A stretch of 64,000 nucleotides of DNA, taken from the IMG/VR virus record IMGVR_UViG_3300034073_002120. One strand, 5' to 3'. Positions within the stretch are counted from its first letter, which is position 1; every line of letters begins with the position of its first letter. Of the stretch, positions 12,001 through 20,721 are shown one piece after another. The DNA comes from a virus. Its lineage: Duplodnaviria; Caudoviricetes. The position numbers and the translations under genes were made by a program. A model generated the notes under the pieces. It ran no database searches. It saw only the letters and a program-made list of their open reading frames with translations, and had not been told where the DNA came from.

Positions 12001-12275
12001 ACATCTTTGATTTCATCTTTTTTGTATCCTACATAAGTAGTGTGTAATACATATGGACCACCTACTCTAATTGCAGGTAAAACATATGCACCATTTTTGT
12101 TGGTTACAGCATTATACTGCGTACCGGTTGGGGTATGTACTGCGTGAATCGTAGCACCTACCAACACTTCATTTTTCTCGTTTTTCACAACACCTGAAAT
12201 TGAGGAAGTAGTAATCTGACTAAATCCAAAAAATGAGGTCATTGCGAAAAGTAACGATAAAATTAGTTTTTTCAT
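9006..12275 (-). CDS. TonB-dependent outer-membrane transporter (Oar-like, N-terminal carboxypeptidase-regulatory-like domain)
   Basis: Signal peptide MKKLILSLLFAMTSFFGFSQ (start 12275), plug motif NNFTIDG...QSGFTGAGINAVTRSGTN, beta-barrel, C-terminal LGIRYIF; 1089 aa, uninterrupted. Confidence 0.9.
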   Translation of the reverse strand: MKKLILSLLFAMTSFFGFSQITTSSISGVVKNEKNEVLVGATIHAVHTPTGTQYNAVTNKNGAYVLPAIRVGGPYVLHTTYVGYKKDEIKDVNTQLGITTNVDFVLVDETTTLKEVVVSAGRNNLISRERTGASQQFTRRDLQNIPITGARTIDGITKYNPNGNGNSFGAQDSRLNNFTIDGSQFNNGFGLGSSAQAGGRTGASAISLDAIEQLQVNIAPFDIRQSGFTGAGINAVTRSGTNEIEGSVYQTQRNNSSTYVGDNARGTKVTASKFDEKVQGFRLGAPIIKNKLFIFGNYEQIEKTEPGTNWISTGSPLTGSQVSRPTYTQLSDLSKFMQDKFNYTTGPFEGYSNTNASKKFLVRMDWNINDKHKLTARYVHHDSEAEINISNSSSAGFGNRTQSALAMSFKNSGYGIMDNTRSYVLELNSKLSNTLHNNLIVGYDKQIENRAYLSNVFPTVDIKEGATTLTAVGFDPFTPGNKLDYNTFHITNNLTKYADKHTLTLGFNYEKYQSNNLFFPASNGVYIFNSLADFYTAANQSLANGGAPSTLTPARFQFRYSALPGAAEPLQTLKTDRLDIYGQDEYQATENLKFTLGLRAAVISFEQTALENPAVTAMTFAGGQKFNTGKLPKTQTLFEPRFGFNYDVFGDRKTQLRGGTGVFTGRPPYVFISNQVGNNGVLTGYIDASGAAAAKYGFTADPNKYFIPSTPTLPSTFDLAFTDENYKFPQVWKSNIAIDQKLPFGFIGTAEFITNKNLNAVHYYNANFGVPTGIFAGVDTRAMYGRTDASVRVNSNVSNAIVLTNSNDASFSSLTLKLEYPYQKGVFGSFAWTVSDAKDFMSAGSIASGSWTGARSVNGNNDLSLSNSNFLSPNRLVGLLGYRLEYGKGMGGATSFTLGYVGNQGNPFSYTIGGDMNGDRIAGNDLIFVPSKGSDIKFAPLTAGGRTYTEAEQQAAFDSYIGQDKYLSSRRGQYAERNGSFLPMLHRFDLSVVQDIYVNVKGKKNTIQIRADILNFGNLLNNEWGVSQRATIPTILNYSTTTNGEPVYKLATQKLADGSTILARDTYQYNSSVFDVWSAQLGIRYIFGR

Positions 12276-12312
12276 AATTGTCCTTTTTTTGTTGTTAAAA
12301 ATTAAATAAACT

Positions 12313-12331
12313 ATTTGAGACCGTCTCAAAT
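12313..12331. promoter_or_regulatory. Perfect interrupted palindrome upstream of the transporter (operator or hairpin)
   Basis: ATTTGAGAC-C-GTCTCAAAT, 37 nt upstream of the ATG. Confidence 0.5.
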
Positions 12332-12352
12332 TTTATAATAAAAAGGTTTCCC

Positions 12353-12595
12353 TTATTTATTCGAAAGTAATAATTCCTTATTAGGCACAAAGTCATCATC
12401 ACCACCAGTTGTATATGGTGGATTAAAATCATTTGTAAATGTAGGGGAATTAGTTCCATGTTCCGGTTTCCATTCACCGGTATCAACTTTGTTTAGGGTG
12501 TATTTGATAAACTCCCAATCTGATGGAGTTGGGATAGTATTTCCCAATCCTTGTGTAAAACCTCTCAACCAAAATATAAATTCGTTTGATGTCAT
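12353..12595 (-). CDS. Hypothetical protein
   Basis: 80-aa ORF co-oriented with its neighbours, filling the gap. Confidence 0.6.
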   Translation of the reverse strand: MTSNEFIFWLRGFTQGLGNTIPTPSDWEFIKYTLNKVDTGEWKPEHGTNSPTFTNDFNPPYTTGGDDDFVPNKELLLSNK

Positions 12596-12645
12596 TGTAG
12601 ATAAGTATTATATATATTTTATTTTTATATTACCAAATTGTTAAA

Positions 12646-14283
12646 TTATGGTTTATAGAAAACAAAGATTGGTTCAAACTTATATGCTTTACCATCATGT
12701 TTTACTGCGTTTTTAATACCTGTCTTAGTTGGGTCTAATCCCACCATTCTAGTCATCAACATCTTCAACTTACCTTTGTACTCACATCCCAATTCTTTAA
12801 GAATATCGATTGAATCTTGCTCTAATGCATAGTAAGTATCTTTACCGATTTTAATATCTGCAATATTCCAAAGAATGTATCTATCATTCTTCATATATTC
12901 GTAGATAGTTGTTAAAGTAGGACGTAAGAAATTATCTCTCCAATCATCATATTCACCATAAGCTTTGAAAGATTGATTCTCATCTTGTGAGTATTGTTCT
13001 CTATTAAAGTATGGAGGCGATGTGAAAGATATATCTAATTTACCTTTGTATTTTTGAAACTTAGGATTATGTTGAATTAACTCCGAACCATCTTGAAACA
13101 ACTCATATGTATTACCTTGTTTTTCTACATCAAAGAATTTGGTAAATGTTTCTGAAAAATCATCTACGCAATTATCATTATAGAATTTAGCTGCGTATTC
13201 ATAACGAGATATTCCCAACTCTTTAATAAAATTATCAGGGTTAGGGTCAGTTCCCACATAATGAGTTTTCTTTCTACTACTCATTGCACCTAAGATTCTA
13301 CCACCCCATCCACTTGATGAATCGTAAATATGAAGAGGTTCATCTTGTTCGATGTGTGATGTATAATTTTCGTAAATCCACTTAGCAGTTAATGCAGGGA
13401 AATTTACTGCAGGTTGTCCACAACTTAAACGAAATACTTGTAAGATTTTTGGGAATATACCAACTGTCTTATCATACCAACGAATTAGATAATAAAACTT
13501 TTTAGTTGTTTTACCATCTGCAAGTGTCATATGGTCTTCAATTGATTTAACGTTAGACATTTGAGTTGGGTTTAACCATCCCTTATCTACACATTCTTGT
13601 AATTGTTCTGCGTTTAAGTAAAGATTACCAAATCCAATATATTGTTCGTTAATAGTTCCGTAATTATCAATAGTATCTTCTTTTACTTTTGCAATTACAA
13701 TATCTAAATCAGAATGTTTACCTATAAAGATTTTACCTTCATATACTTTCTGAATGAACTCTACACCAGTTTCACCATCCCAAAATTCGTTCTCATCTTT
13801 TTTATTTACAATAGAACGTGACCAGGAATACATAGAATCTCTCTTAACTGCTCTACGCATGATTTTTACGAACACATCTTCTAAATTCGGGTCAGAAAAG
13901 TGGTCGTAAATAGATAATCCACCATCAGCAGATTTTCCAATTGAAATTTTAGTTTTCAACATCGTAGGGAAAAACTGATTGATTGCCGATGCATCCTTAT
14001 TAAAGTTTTGGATAATACCTAATGATTCTTCATCACCGGTTAAATCTTTTTGTAGGAAATCGCAATCATTTCCTTTTAATTTCTTAAAAGATTCGATAAT
14101 ACCATCCTTATCTTTACCGATAACAGGAGGTACACCATCTTCATCCCATTGCTTAGTTACTTCTTTACGCAATAACTTAGCCCAATTAATGAACTCATCA
14201 TCAGTCATTTGTAGTAACTGATGATAAGTTCTATTGGATTGGAATTCAGAAAATTTTGAACGTTCGTAATAGTATTTCGTCAT
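12646..14283 (-). CDS. SAM-dependent amino-methyltransferase-like protein (motif I then SPPY)
   Basis: YDSSSGWGGR SAM-binding motif followed by FTSPPYF; paralogue of 22929-24161. Confidence 0.8.
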   Translation of the reverse strand: MTKYYYERSKFSEFQSNRTYHQLLQMTDDEFINWAKLLRKEVTKQWDEDGVPPVIGKDKDGIIESFKKLKGNDCDFLQKDLTGDEESLGIIQNFNKDASAINQFFPTMLKTKISIGKSADGGLSIYDHFSDPNLEDVFVKIMRRAVKRDSMYSWSRSIVNKKDENEFWDGETGVEFIQKVYEGKIFIGKHSDLDIVIAKVKEDTIDNYGTINEQYIGFGNLYLNAEQLQECVDKGWLNPTQMSNVKSIEDHMTLADGKTTKKFYYLIRWYDKTVGIFPKILQVFRLSCGQPAVNFPALTAKWIYENYTSHIEQDEPLHIYDSSSGWGGRILGAMSSRKKTHYVGTDPNPDNFIKELGISRYEYAAKFYNDNCVDDFSETFTKFFDVEKQGNTYELFQDGSELIQHNPKFQKYKGKLDISFTSPPYFNREQYSQDENQSFKAYGEYDDWRDNFLRPTLTTIYEYMKNDRYILWNIADIKIGKDTYYALEQDSIDILKELGCEYKGKLKMLMTRMVGLDPTKTGIKNAVKHDGKAYKFEPIFVFYKP

Positions 14284-14286
14284 ATA

Positions 14287-15000
14287 TTAACTAGCAATCT
14301 CCACAAGATAATAATCCGATGTATATTCTCCTGCTTCGAAATGAATGTGAGATAATCCTTGTGATGAAATGTTTAAAGTAGCATCTTTTGCTTCTTTGTT
14401 TGCAACTAAGATTTCTTTTAAATAAGTTGCTGAGAATGAGATTGGTTCTACATCACCTGAAATTTCACCTTCAACATCGATTGAAATTCGGTTTGTATTG
14501 ATGTTAGAATGTCCCAATACGATTTGTGCTTTACCATTCTTTACAACAAATGTAAAGTTGTTTTCATCTGCTAACGCACTCTTAGCACGGATGAATTTAC
14601 TAATGAAGTTTTCATCCAATTTGATTTTGATATTAAAATCTGGTAACTTCTTCAAATCTGGTACGTTAGGAATAACCGAAAGGTCAGCCAACATATAGTT
14701 TACCGAAGTTGAACCATCTTTGAATTTCAAAGAAACTGGTTTACCATCTACATCAGAAATTTCAAAATCAACTGCTTCACCCAATACTCCTAACATTTTT
14801 GTTAGTTTAGATGTATCATATACACCAAATGTTGCATCGTTGAAATTGAACTCATTCAACGTTACTTTACCTAAAACTGATTTATCATCAGAAATAAATG
14901 AAGTTGTTAATGAGTTGTCTTTTGTTTCCCACTTAACTGATTCTACCAAACCAGCAAGATTGTACTTTTGTACGAAACGATTTAATTTACCTTTTTCCAT
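14287..15000 (-). CDS. gp45: Sliding clamp (T4 gp45-like)
   Basis: FGVYDTSKLTKML, DLSVIPNVP linker, two-domain size, adjacent to PolB. Confidence 0.8.
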   Translation of the reverse strand: MEKGKLNRFVQKYNLAGLVESVKWETKDNSLTTSFISDDKSVLGKVTLNEFNFNDATFGVYDTSKLTKMLGVLGEAVDFEISDVDGKPVSLKFKDGSTSVNYMLADLSVIPNVPDLKKLPDFNIKIKLDENFISKFIRAKSALADENNFTFVVKNGKAQIVLGHSNINTNRISIDVEGEISGDVEPISFSATYLKEILVANKEAKDATLNISSQGLSHIHFEAGEYTSDYYLVEIAS

Positions 15001-15033
15001 GTGTTTGTTTTTTATTATTTAATTTATTTGTTA

Positions 15034-15065
15034 CAAAGATACGAATAATTTTTGAATTATCCAAA
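15034..15065 (-). promoter_or_regulatory. Bacteroidota sigma-A type promoter
   Basis: TTTG-N20-TATCTTTG. Confidence 0.8.
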
Positions 15066-15071
15066 TTTATT

Positions 15072-15398
15072 TTAAAAATATATTTTACGAATTGAATAAA
15101 ATTGTCCATTTTCTGATGTAAAGGTGGCCAAATAGTTTTCAGCTTCAATCATCGTTTCAAATTTCATTATTTGTTGTGAATCTATTTTATTACCACCTTC
15201 ATATAATACTGGTATAGTTTGAGTATCTATAATTTCTATTTGTGGTAGATTTGGATTGTAATTGTAACTTTGACTGATTTGAATTGCATGTTTTGTACCT
15301 ATTGACATCTGATGTAAATCTCTATCATTTGCCCACATGATTCCATCATATAACCATTTATTTTGAGAACACTCATATATACAATAATACCCTTTCAT
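15072..15398 (-). CDS. Hypothetical protein
   Basis: 108-aa ORF abutting the PolB stop. Confidence 0.6.
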   Translation of the reverse strand: MKGYYCIYECSQNKWLYDGIMWANDRDLHQMSIGTKHAIQISQSYNYNPNLPQIEIIDTQTIPVLYEGGNKIDSQQIMKFETMIEAENYLATFTSENGQFYSIRKIYF

Positions 15399-15400
15399 AT

Positions 15401-17908
15401 TTAAAAGCTAAAGAATTTTTCTGCTGTTTTTTGTTCACTCATTACCTCACCCCAATCCAATGCGTTATAGAAATCTTGTAACTTACCTTTTAATTCAGCT
15501 TCAAAGATTCTATTGTGGTCTATATAAGTTGAAATGAATTTTGTAATTTCTTCGGGGTCATCATAACCTGTAAACGCCAATCCATCAATTCCTAATGGAT
15601 TATTTTTAAGATATACCCACTTTACTTTATCACCATCTTTCATAGGTGAATATTTGAATGGTGCGTTAAAATGTTTCAAACAATCATTATATAGGATTGC
15701 TGCTTTAACGTGGGCAGGAACACCTTTCTCCATTTGGAAAAGTTGTCTTTTCTTTGGAAGATATTTTGATAAGTTTTTTACTGCAGAGTTTTTAGCAATT
15801 TCAGTAATTGGTCTATCTACCATACTCTTTTTGAACGCAAGAACAAATGCTGTAATTTCTTCTTCTGGTTTACTTCGTAGAATATCAATTAAGACAGTTC
15901 CCATACACTCCTGAAATGCTTTTGGAAATGATGAACGTTTTACATCTAATCCTTTAACATCTAATTTATCTACCGCAATACCATTATTAGAAATAATCCA
16001 TTGTGCATATCGTTTCTTTGCAATCCAAATACCTGCTCTAGCAACGTATTCTTTTTTAATTTCTAGTCGATGATTTTGAACGTTAAAGAATTTATCGGAA
16101 AGTATATCGTAGAATTTATTAAGATAATCTTGCATTTCACCTGCGATACCATCTACCAATTGTGCAACTTCACTATCTGGTATTTCTTTCCAATTTGGAT
16201 GACGAAAATCTAATAGTGGAACTGCGGAAAAGAATACTGAATCGGTGTCAATATAAATGTTTGAATCTACATCTTTTGTTCCTAACTCTTTGTTGTATTT
16301 GATGTTCCCCATATTCGCCGAGTTCTTAATAACCGTCTGACCCGTAGTTGTAACTGCCTCCGCATTATCAACATCGTAAAACCGAAAGGCAGGAAGGCCA
16401 AGAACACCATAAAGAGAGTTAAGTAGAATTTTTTGAACCAACTGTCTTTTTCCGTAAAAGGCATATTTTTCTTTATCACCCTCTTGGCCGTACTTTTTTT
16501 CCAACTTTCTAAATTCAACCCTTTCATTAAACCAAATATCTAAAATTTCAGGAATACATCCCATTTTATCTTTACGATACAACACACCATTTGATGATAT
16601 TGTTAAATCTGCTTCTTTAATATATTTTTCTAAATTATCACGAGAAATTCTATCATCTCCCATTTGGTAATAATCTATTTCTTTTTTCATAAATGCTTGA
16701 ACATCCCAATCAGAAATCTTAGCAACCTTAGTTTCTGGACTGATATTCAATGTCATAATGATTGAAGGATATAGTGATGTTAAATCCAAGTCATACACCC
16801 AATCATATTTACCCACAATTGGGTCTTTTACATACGCACCGATGAATTTTTCTTCACCTGCCTCTGCCATTGCTGCTAACTTCTCTTTTCTATCTGCAGG
16901 TTTATTCGGTGCAACTAATCCTTTACGTTTAAGGAAACATAACAATGCACCCTCCAAGTATTTCGATGAATAAACGAAATCTTCATATGGAACGTGCCCT
17001 GCATGACAAATACCTCTACATAAATCTATGAATTGTAATTTCTTATCTAATTCTACAACAATCTCAACGTCCACTAAGTTATACTCAATAAACTTTTCAA
17101 TATCTTCGTTGAATAAATCATCTAATGAACCTTGATACTCAATTTTACCCTTACCTAATTCAATCGTACCAATAGTATCTAATCGATAGTTAGGTAATTC
17201 GTTGTAGTTAAATTTCTTATAAAGGGAAAGGTAATCTAAACAACTTACACCTGCTAAAAACCATCTCTGACGATATGGTGAATAGAATGCTTGACCAATA
17301 GGTGATAATCTTTTTGCTTGTGATTCACCTAAGATACGTTTCATTCGGTTGAATAGATACGGAATATCAAAATTATCAATATTCCAACCTGTTAGAATAT
17401 CTGGTTGAATTCCTTCGTATAACTCTAAGAACTTCATACACATATCTCTCTCATCTCTGAAAGGGATTACGATTGCCTTATCGGTTTTACGTTCAACCAT
17501 TTGACCTTTCTTATCCATTACCAATACCCAATATTGATTGGTTACACTATCTTGTAAACCGATAGCGGTAAGTTCGTTCTCTGCCTTTTCAGTATCAGGT
17601 AATCCACTTTCCATTTCCACCTCAATATCAAACGTCATCGTTACAATACCTTCGGATGGAATATCAGAATCGACATAAGTATCCACTAACACACGAGTTG
17701 TTTCAGGTACATCCGATTCAAACAAATCGGGGTCATCGTTTTTGAATTTATAAATTTTTGTTAGACGGTCACCATAGATGGAACGTGCTTCACCTCTCTC
17801 TGCTCTTTCATACGCATAACGTGTATATGGAAATGTTCTATAACCTAAATGGGAATCCCATAAGTGTATTAGATTGCGTTCTCTTTGGTAATATATGTTT
17901 TTATACAT
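15401..17908 (-). CDS. polB: Family B DNA polymerase (T4 gp43-like)
   Basis: Exo FDIE, motif A DLDLTSLYPS, motif B KILLNSLYG, motif C YIDTDS. Confidence 0.97.
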   Translation of the reverse strand: MYKNIYYQRERNLIHLWDSHLGYRTFPYTRYAYERAERGEARSIYGDRLTKIYKFKNDDPDLFESDVPETTRVLVDTYVDSDIPSEGIVTMTFDIEVEMESGLPDTEKAENELTAIGLQDSVTNQYWVLVMDKKGQMVERKTDKAIVIPFRDERDMCMKFLELYEGIQPDILTGWNIDNFDIPYLFNRMKRILGESQAKRLSPIGQAFYSPYRQRWFLAGVSCLDYLSLYKKFNYNELPNYRLDTIGTIELGKGKIEYQGSLDDLFNEDIEKFIEYNLVDVEIVVELDKKLQFIDLCRGICHAGHVPYEDFVYSSKYLEGALLCFLKRKGLVAPNKPADRKEKLAAMAEAGEEKFIGAYVKDPIVGKYDWVYDLDLTSLYPSIIMTLNISPETKVAKISDWDVQAFMKKEIDYYQMGDDRISRDNLEKYIKEADLTISSNGVLYRKDKMGCIPEILDIWFNERVEFRKLEKKYGQEGDKEKYAFYGKRQLVQKILLNSLYGVLGLPAFRFYDVDNAEAVTTTGQTVIKNSANMGNIKYNKELGTKDVDSNIYIDTDSVFFSAVPLLDFRHPNWKEIPDSEVAQLVDGIAGEMQDYLNKFYDILSDKFFNVQNHRLEIKKEYVARAGIWIAKKRYAQWIISNNGIAVDKLDVKGLDVKRSSFPKAFQECMGTVLIDILRSKPEEEITAFVLAFKKSMVDRPITEIAKNSAVKNLSKYLPKKRQLFQMEKGVPAHVKAAILYNDCLKHFNAPFKYSPMKDGDKVKWVYLKNNPLGIDGLAFTGYDDPEEITKFISTYIDHNRIFEAELKGKLQDFYNALDWGEVMSEQKTAEKFFSF

Positions 17909-17927
17909 TCAGTTGTAACTTGTTATT

Positions 17928-18875
17928 TTATGTAAATTTTAATATAGTGTTTTGTTTGGATATTTCAAATATTTCTTTACCCTTTTCATTCATATCAATT
18001 AAGGTATAAAATCGATTCGTATTTAAACATGCTCTACCTAATGTACCACTACCTGCAAATATATCCAAACAATTTGAGTTTTCGTTTGAATATAAATTTA
18101 CAATTCTTTCTAATAATGCTACTGGTTTTTGAGTAGCATAATCAAGTTTTTCGTTCATTTGTATCGTACTAATATCATTCCAGACATCTTTTAGTGGAAT
18201 CCCACCACTTTCATGTAAATAGCGTTTTATTCTTGGTATTCCTGCAGAATTATATTCCAATCTATTAGAATTATGTAATTCTTGCATTTTTTCAACGGAA
18301 ACCCACCATTGTTTCATATGACCGTTCCATTCATATCTCAAATTAGGTCTTTGTATTACATTAGGTTGTGAATTTACGGCAGCAGATGTGGTATATTTAC
18401 CATTTGAATCTTCTTTTGCTTTTTTTACATAATCAAGATTATATGGTAATAAAATTCTATTAAAAATAGCTTTATTTTTATTTTTAGAATAAATTAATAA
18501 TACATCATGTTGTCTCATTAATTTATTTTTAACTGATTTTTGATTTGAGGTAATCCATATCAATTCATTTCTAAAATTTTTTATACCAAAAATGGAATCT
18601 AATAAAATTTTAACATAATGTGATGCGATAGAATCAATATGGACTATTATATTACCAGATTCAGATAATTTTAAATATATTTCTTGTAATCTAGGTTTTA
18701 AAAAATCTAAAAAATGTTGCATACTTTCAAATGAATCTCCGAAATCACCAAAATCTCTGCCAGTATTATATGGAGGGTCTATGTAACATAAATCATAAGT
18801 ATGTGGTATATTTTTAAGTATTTCTAAATTATCACCAATTAAATATTGATTAATATATTCTATATTATTTTTCAT
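17928..18875 (-). CDS. Beta-class DNA amino-methyltransferase (N6A/N4C)
   Basis: DPPY precedes FAGSG; YATQKP motif. The likely start is MKNNIEY at 18875, overlapping the upstream stop by 11 nt. Confidence 0.9.
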   Translation of the reverse strand: MKNNIEYINQYLIGDNLEILKNIPHTYDLCYIDPPYNTGRDFGDFGDSFESMQHFLDFLKPRLQEIYLKLSESGNIIVHIDSIASHYVKILLDSIFGIKNFRNELIWITSNQKSVKNKLMRQHDVLLIYSKNKNKAIFNRILLPYNLDYVKKAKEDSNGKYTTSAAVNSQPNVIQRPNLRYEWNGHMKQWWVSVEKMQELHNSNRLEYNSAGIPRIKRYLHESGGIPLKDVWNDISTIQMNEKLDYATQKPVALLERIVNLYSNENSNCLDIFAGSGTLGRACLNTNRFYTLIDMNEKGKEIFEISKQNTILKFT

Positions 18876-19446
18876 TTTTTTGTTTGTATTCAGTTTCCAA
18901 TACCTCAATTGCTTTACCAACATATTTTTCCCATATTTTTTTAGGGACACGTGGTAATAAATATTTTGGATTTTTAGGGTCTATCAAAGCAGATTCAGGT
19001 ATAGCAATATATTGCCATTTTTGTATATTTAAATATTCATTAATATCAGGTTTTGAAAAAACATAAACATCGGCCTCACCTGCAGAATATCTTACATGTC
19101 CAGTATCTGAACTAAATTCATTTTTTTGTGATTTTCTACGAGTTTGTTCAAGATGTAATGTATTTGCTCTTAATTTTGATTGTATTTTTAATAAATTATC
19201 AGTTGTAATTAAATCATATCCAGATGCGTTTGAATCCGAACTAAAATCGTTTCGTTTAACTACATTTAAATTTGTATTCTCATTAATCCAATCACACTGT
19301 ATATGTTCATTAGGGTCAGCAAATAATTTACCTAAATCACGTAATTCAATATTTTTTGCCAAATCCTCTTGAGATAACCATAGATAATATACACTTGGTT
19401 CATTTAATTTTAAATAGTTTAGAACTTCATTTTTAGTAGGTATCAT
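18865..19446 (-). CDS. Putative type II restriction endonuclease (PD-(D/E)XK, D...QxK)
   Basis: SGYDLIT...KIQSKLR resembles the D-x(n)-QxK catalytic variant; translationally coupled to the MTase. Confidence 0.55.
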   Translation of the reverse strand: MIPTKNEVLNYLKLNEPSVYYLWLSQEDLAKNIELRDLGKLFADPNEHIQCDWINENTNLNVVKRNDFSSDSNASGYDLITTDNLLKIQSKLRANTLHLEQTRRKSQKNEFSSDTGHVRYSAGEADVYVFSKPDINEYLNIQKWQYIAIPESALIDPKNPKYLLPRVPKKIWEKYVGKAIEVLETEYKQKNEK

Positions 19447-19490
19447 AATTTTATTAATTTTAAAGTTTATTATCTCTTAATCTTATAAAG

Positions 19491-19522
19491 CTAATGTACG
19501 AACTTTTACTGATATATCCAAA
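19491..19522 (-). promoter_or_regulatory. Bacteroidota sigma-A type promoter (TTAG variant)
   Basis: TTTG-N20-TACATTAG. Confidence 0.7.
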
Positions 19523-19573
19523 TAATTTACCATTTATTTTTAAGTTTTTTTGCCCCTATTGATAATCAACCGC

Positions 19574-19870
19574 TTATGAATCCAAATCTGGAAACTCTTG
19601 TTCTGCTAATTCCTTACCTTCCTCAATTAGTAGGGTGATATAACGAAATGCTGCTAGACACCCACTATTAAATCCATGTTGCCAATCACCATCTTCATAT
19701 AATTTCTCCATTTCTTCTGGGTATTTCTCCGTAATTCGTTGGATATTTTCCCTCACCCCCTTTACATCGATATTATTGGGGTTACTTCTTGCATACCAAA
19801 CTAAATCAAAGTATTTTTCTTCTTTTTCATTTAGTTCAATCATTAAGTTTTGAAAATCTTCCGTTGTCAT
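19574..19870 (-). CDS. Hypothetical acidic protein
   Basis: 98-aa ORF, 11 nt after the PLP enzyme stop. Confidence 0.65.
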   Translation of the reverse strand: MTTEDFQNLMIELNEKEEKYFDLVWYARSNPNNIDVKGVRENIQRITEKYPEEMEKLYEDGDWQHGFNSGCLAAFRYITLLIEEGKELAEQEFPDLDS

Positions 19871-19881
19871 ATTATATTTTT

Positions 19882-20721
19882 TTAAAATTTGTAAATTCCA
19901 CCCACATTCCAGAATAAAATAGTACCCTCAATTTGGTCTATATTTTCTTCTAACCATTTCCATTGTTTTATATCCCAAAATTGGTTACAAGGGAATGGGG
20001 CTGAATATCCTTCTATTCTATCCTCAAAAAGATACTCCGATTTTCGTATGTTTATGGGAATTGGAATACCACTTTTTTTAAGGGTCTTTTTGATTGAACT
20101 TTCAGATGATACACAAGTTGTCCAAACCTTCTTTTTAACATCAGGAAAAAACTCTTTAAGTTCTTCTCTATAATATCCTCTCACAAGACCGGATAGGGTT
20201 ACTCCACTACCAGATGATACTACTAAATTATCAAAATGTGCAAATGGTTGAATTCTTTCTGCAAGATAATCTTTGTAAAAATCGTGGTCAAACGCATAAG
20301 GTAGCATTTGCCAACCATTTTCTCTTGCTTGACCTCTAAGTGAATTATACATAATCTGCATCATATTAGGTCTGATTGGATTTAGATGTGTTTTTGGATA
20401 CATCTCTTTAATCAAACCCAAATACTCTTGCGATATTTTTTTAGAATCTGGATGTGATACATAAAATTCAATATCTAATTCTTCACATATTGCTGCAAGT
20501 GCCCATCCAGTCCAACTGCCATCTACCGAAAGGTGGGTTAGTGGTTTTGAAGGGTCTACATATTTTTTAACCAATTCATATAATGCTGCTATCTTACCCC
20601 ACGGCGGTAATGTTATACCATCACCCATCAAATCATCTCTTTTTACCCAAACCTCTCTTCCTTTAATGTGATAAAGTTCTAAGGGAGTATCTTCATTTAA
20701 TCCTTTTAATCTTACATCCAT
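19882..20721 (-). CDS. PLP-dependent fold-type II enzyme (ACC deaminase / D-cysteine desulfhydrase-like)
   Basis: VWVKRDDL...PPWGK (Schiff-base Lys position), SSGSGVTLSG phosphate loop, C-terminal ILFWNVGG. Confidence 0.75.
   Translation of the reverse strand: MDVRLKGLNEDTPLELYHIKGREVWVKRDDLMGDGITLPPWGKIAALYELVKKYVDPSKPLTHLSVDGSWTGWALAAICEELDIEFYVSHPDSKKISQEYLGLIKEMYPKTHLNPIRPNMMQIMYNSLRGQARENGWQMLPYAFDHDFYKDYLAERIQPFAHFDNLVVSSGSGVTLSGLVRGYYREELKEFFPDVKKKVWTTCVSSESSIKKTLKKSGIPIPINIRKSEYLFEDRIEGYSAPFPCNQFWDIKQWKWLEENIDQIEGTILFWNVGGIYKF

Noticed and set aside
12276-12329. Upstream-extended starts in the ORF track (12329, 18950, 5728, 44241, 44634, 53905)
   Set aside because: The extensions overlap promoters, palindromes or upstream genes. 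Downstream ATGs give a proper signal peptide or typical leader, so the starts were moved.
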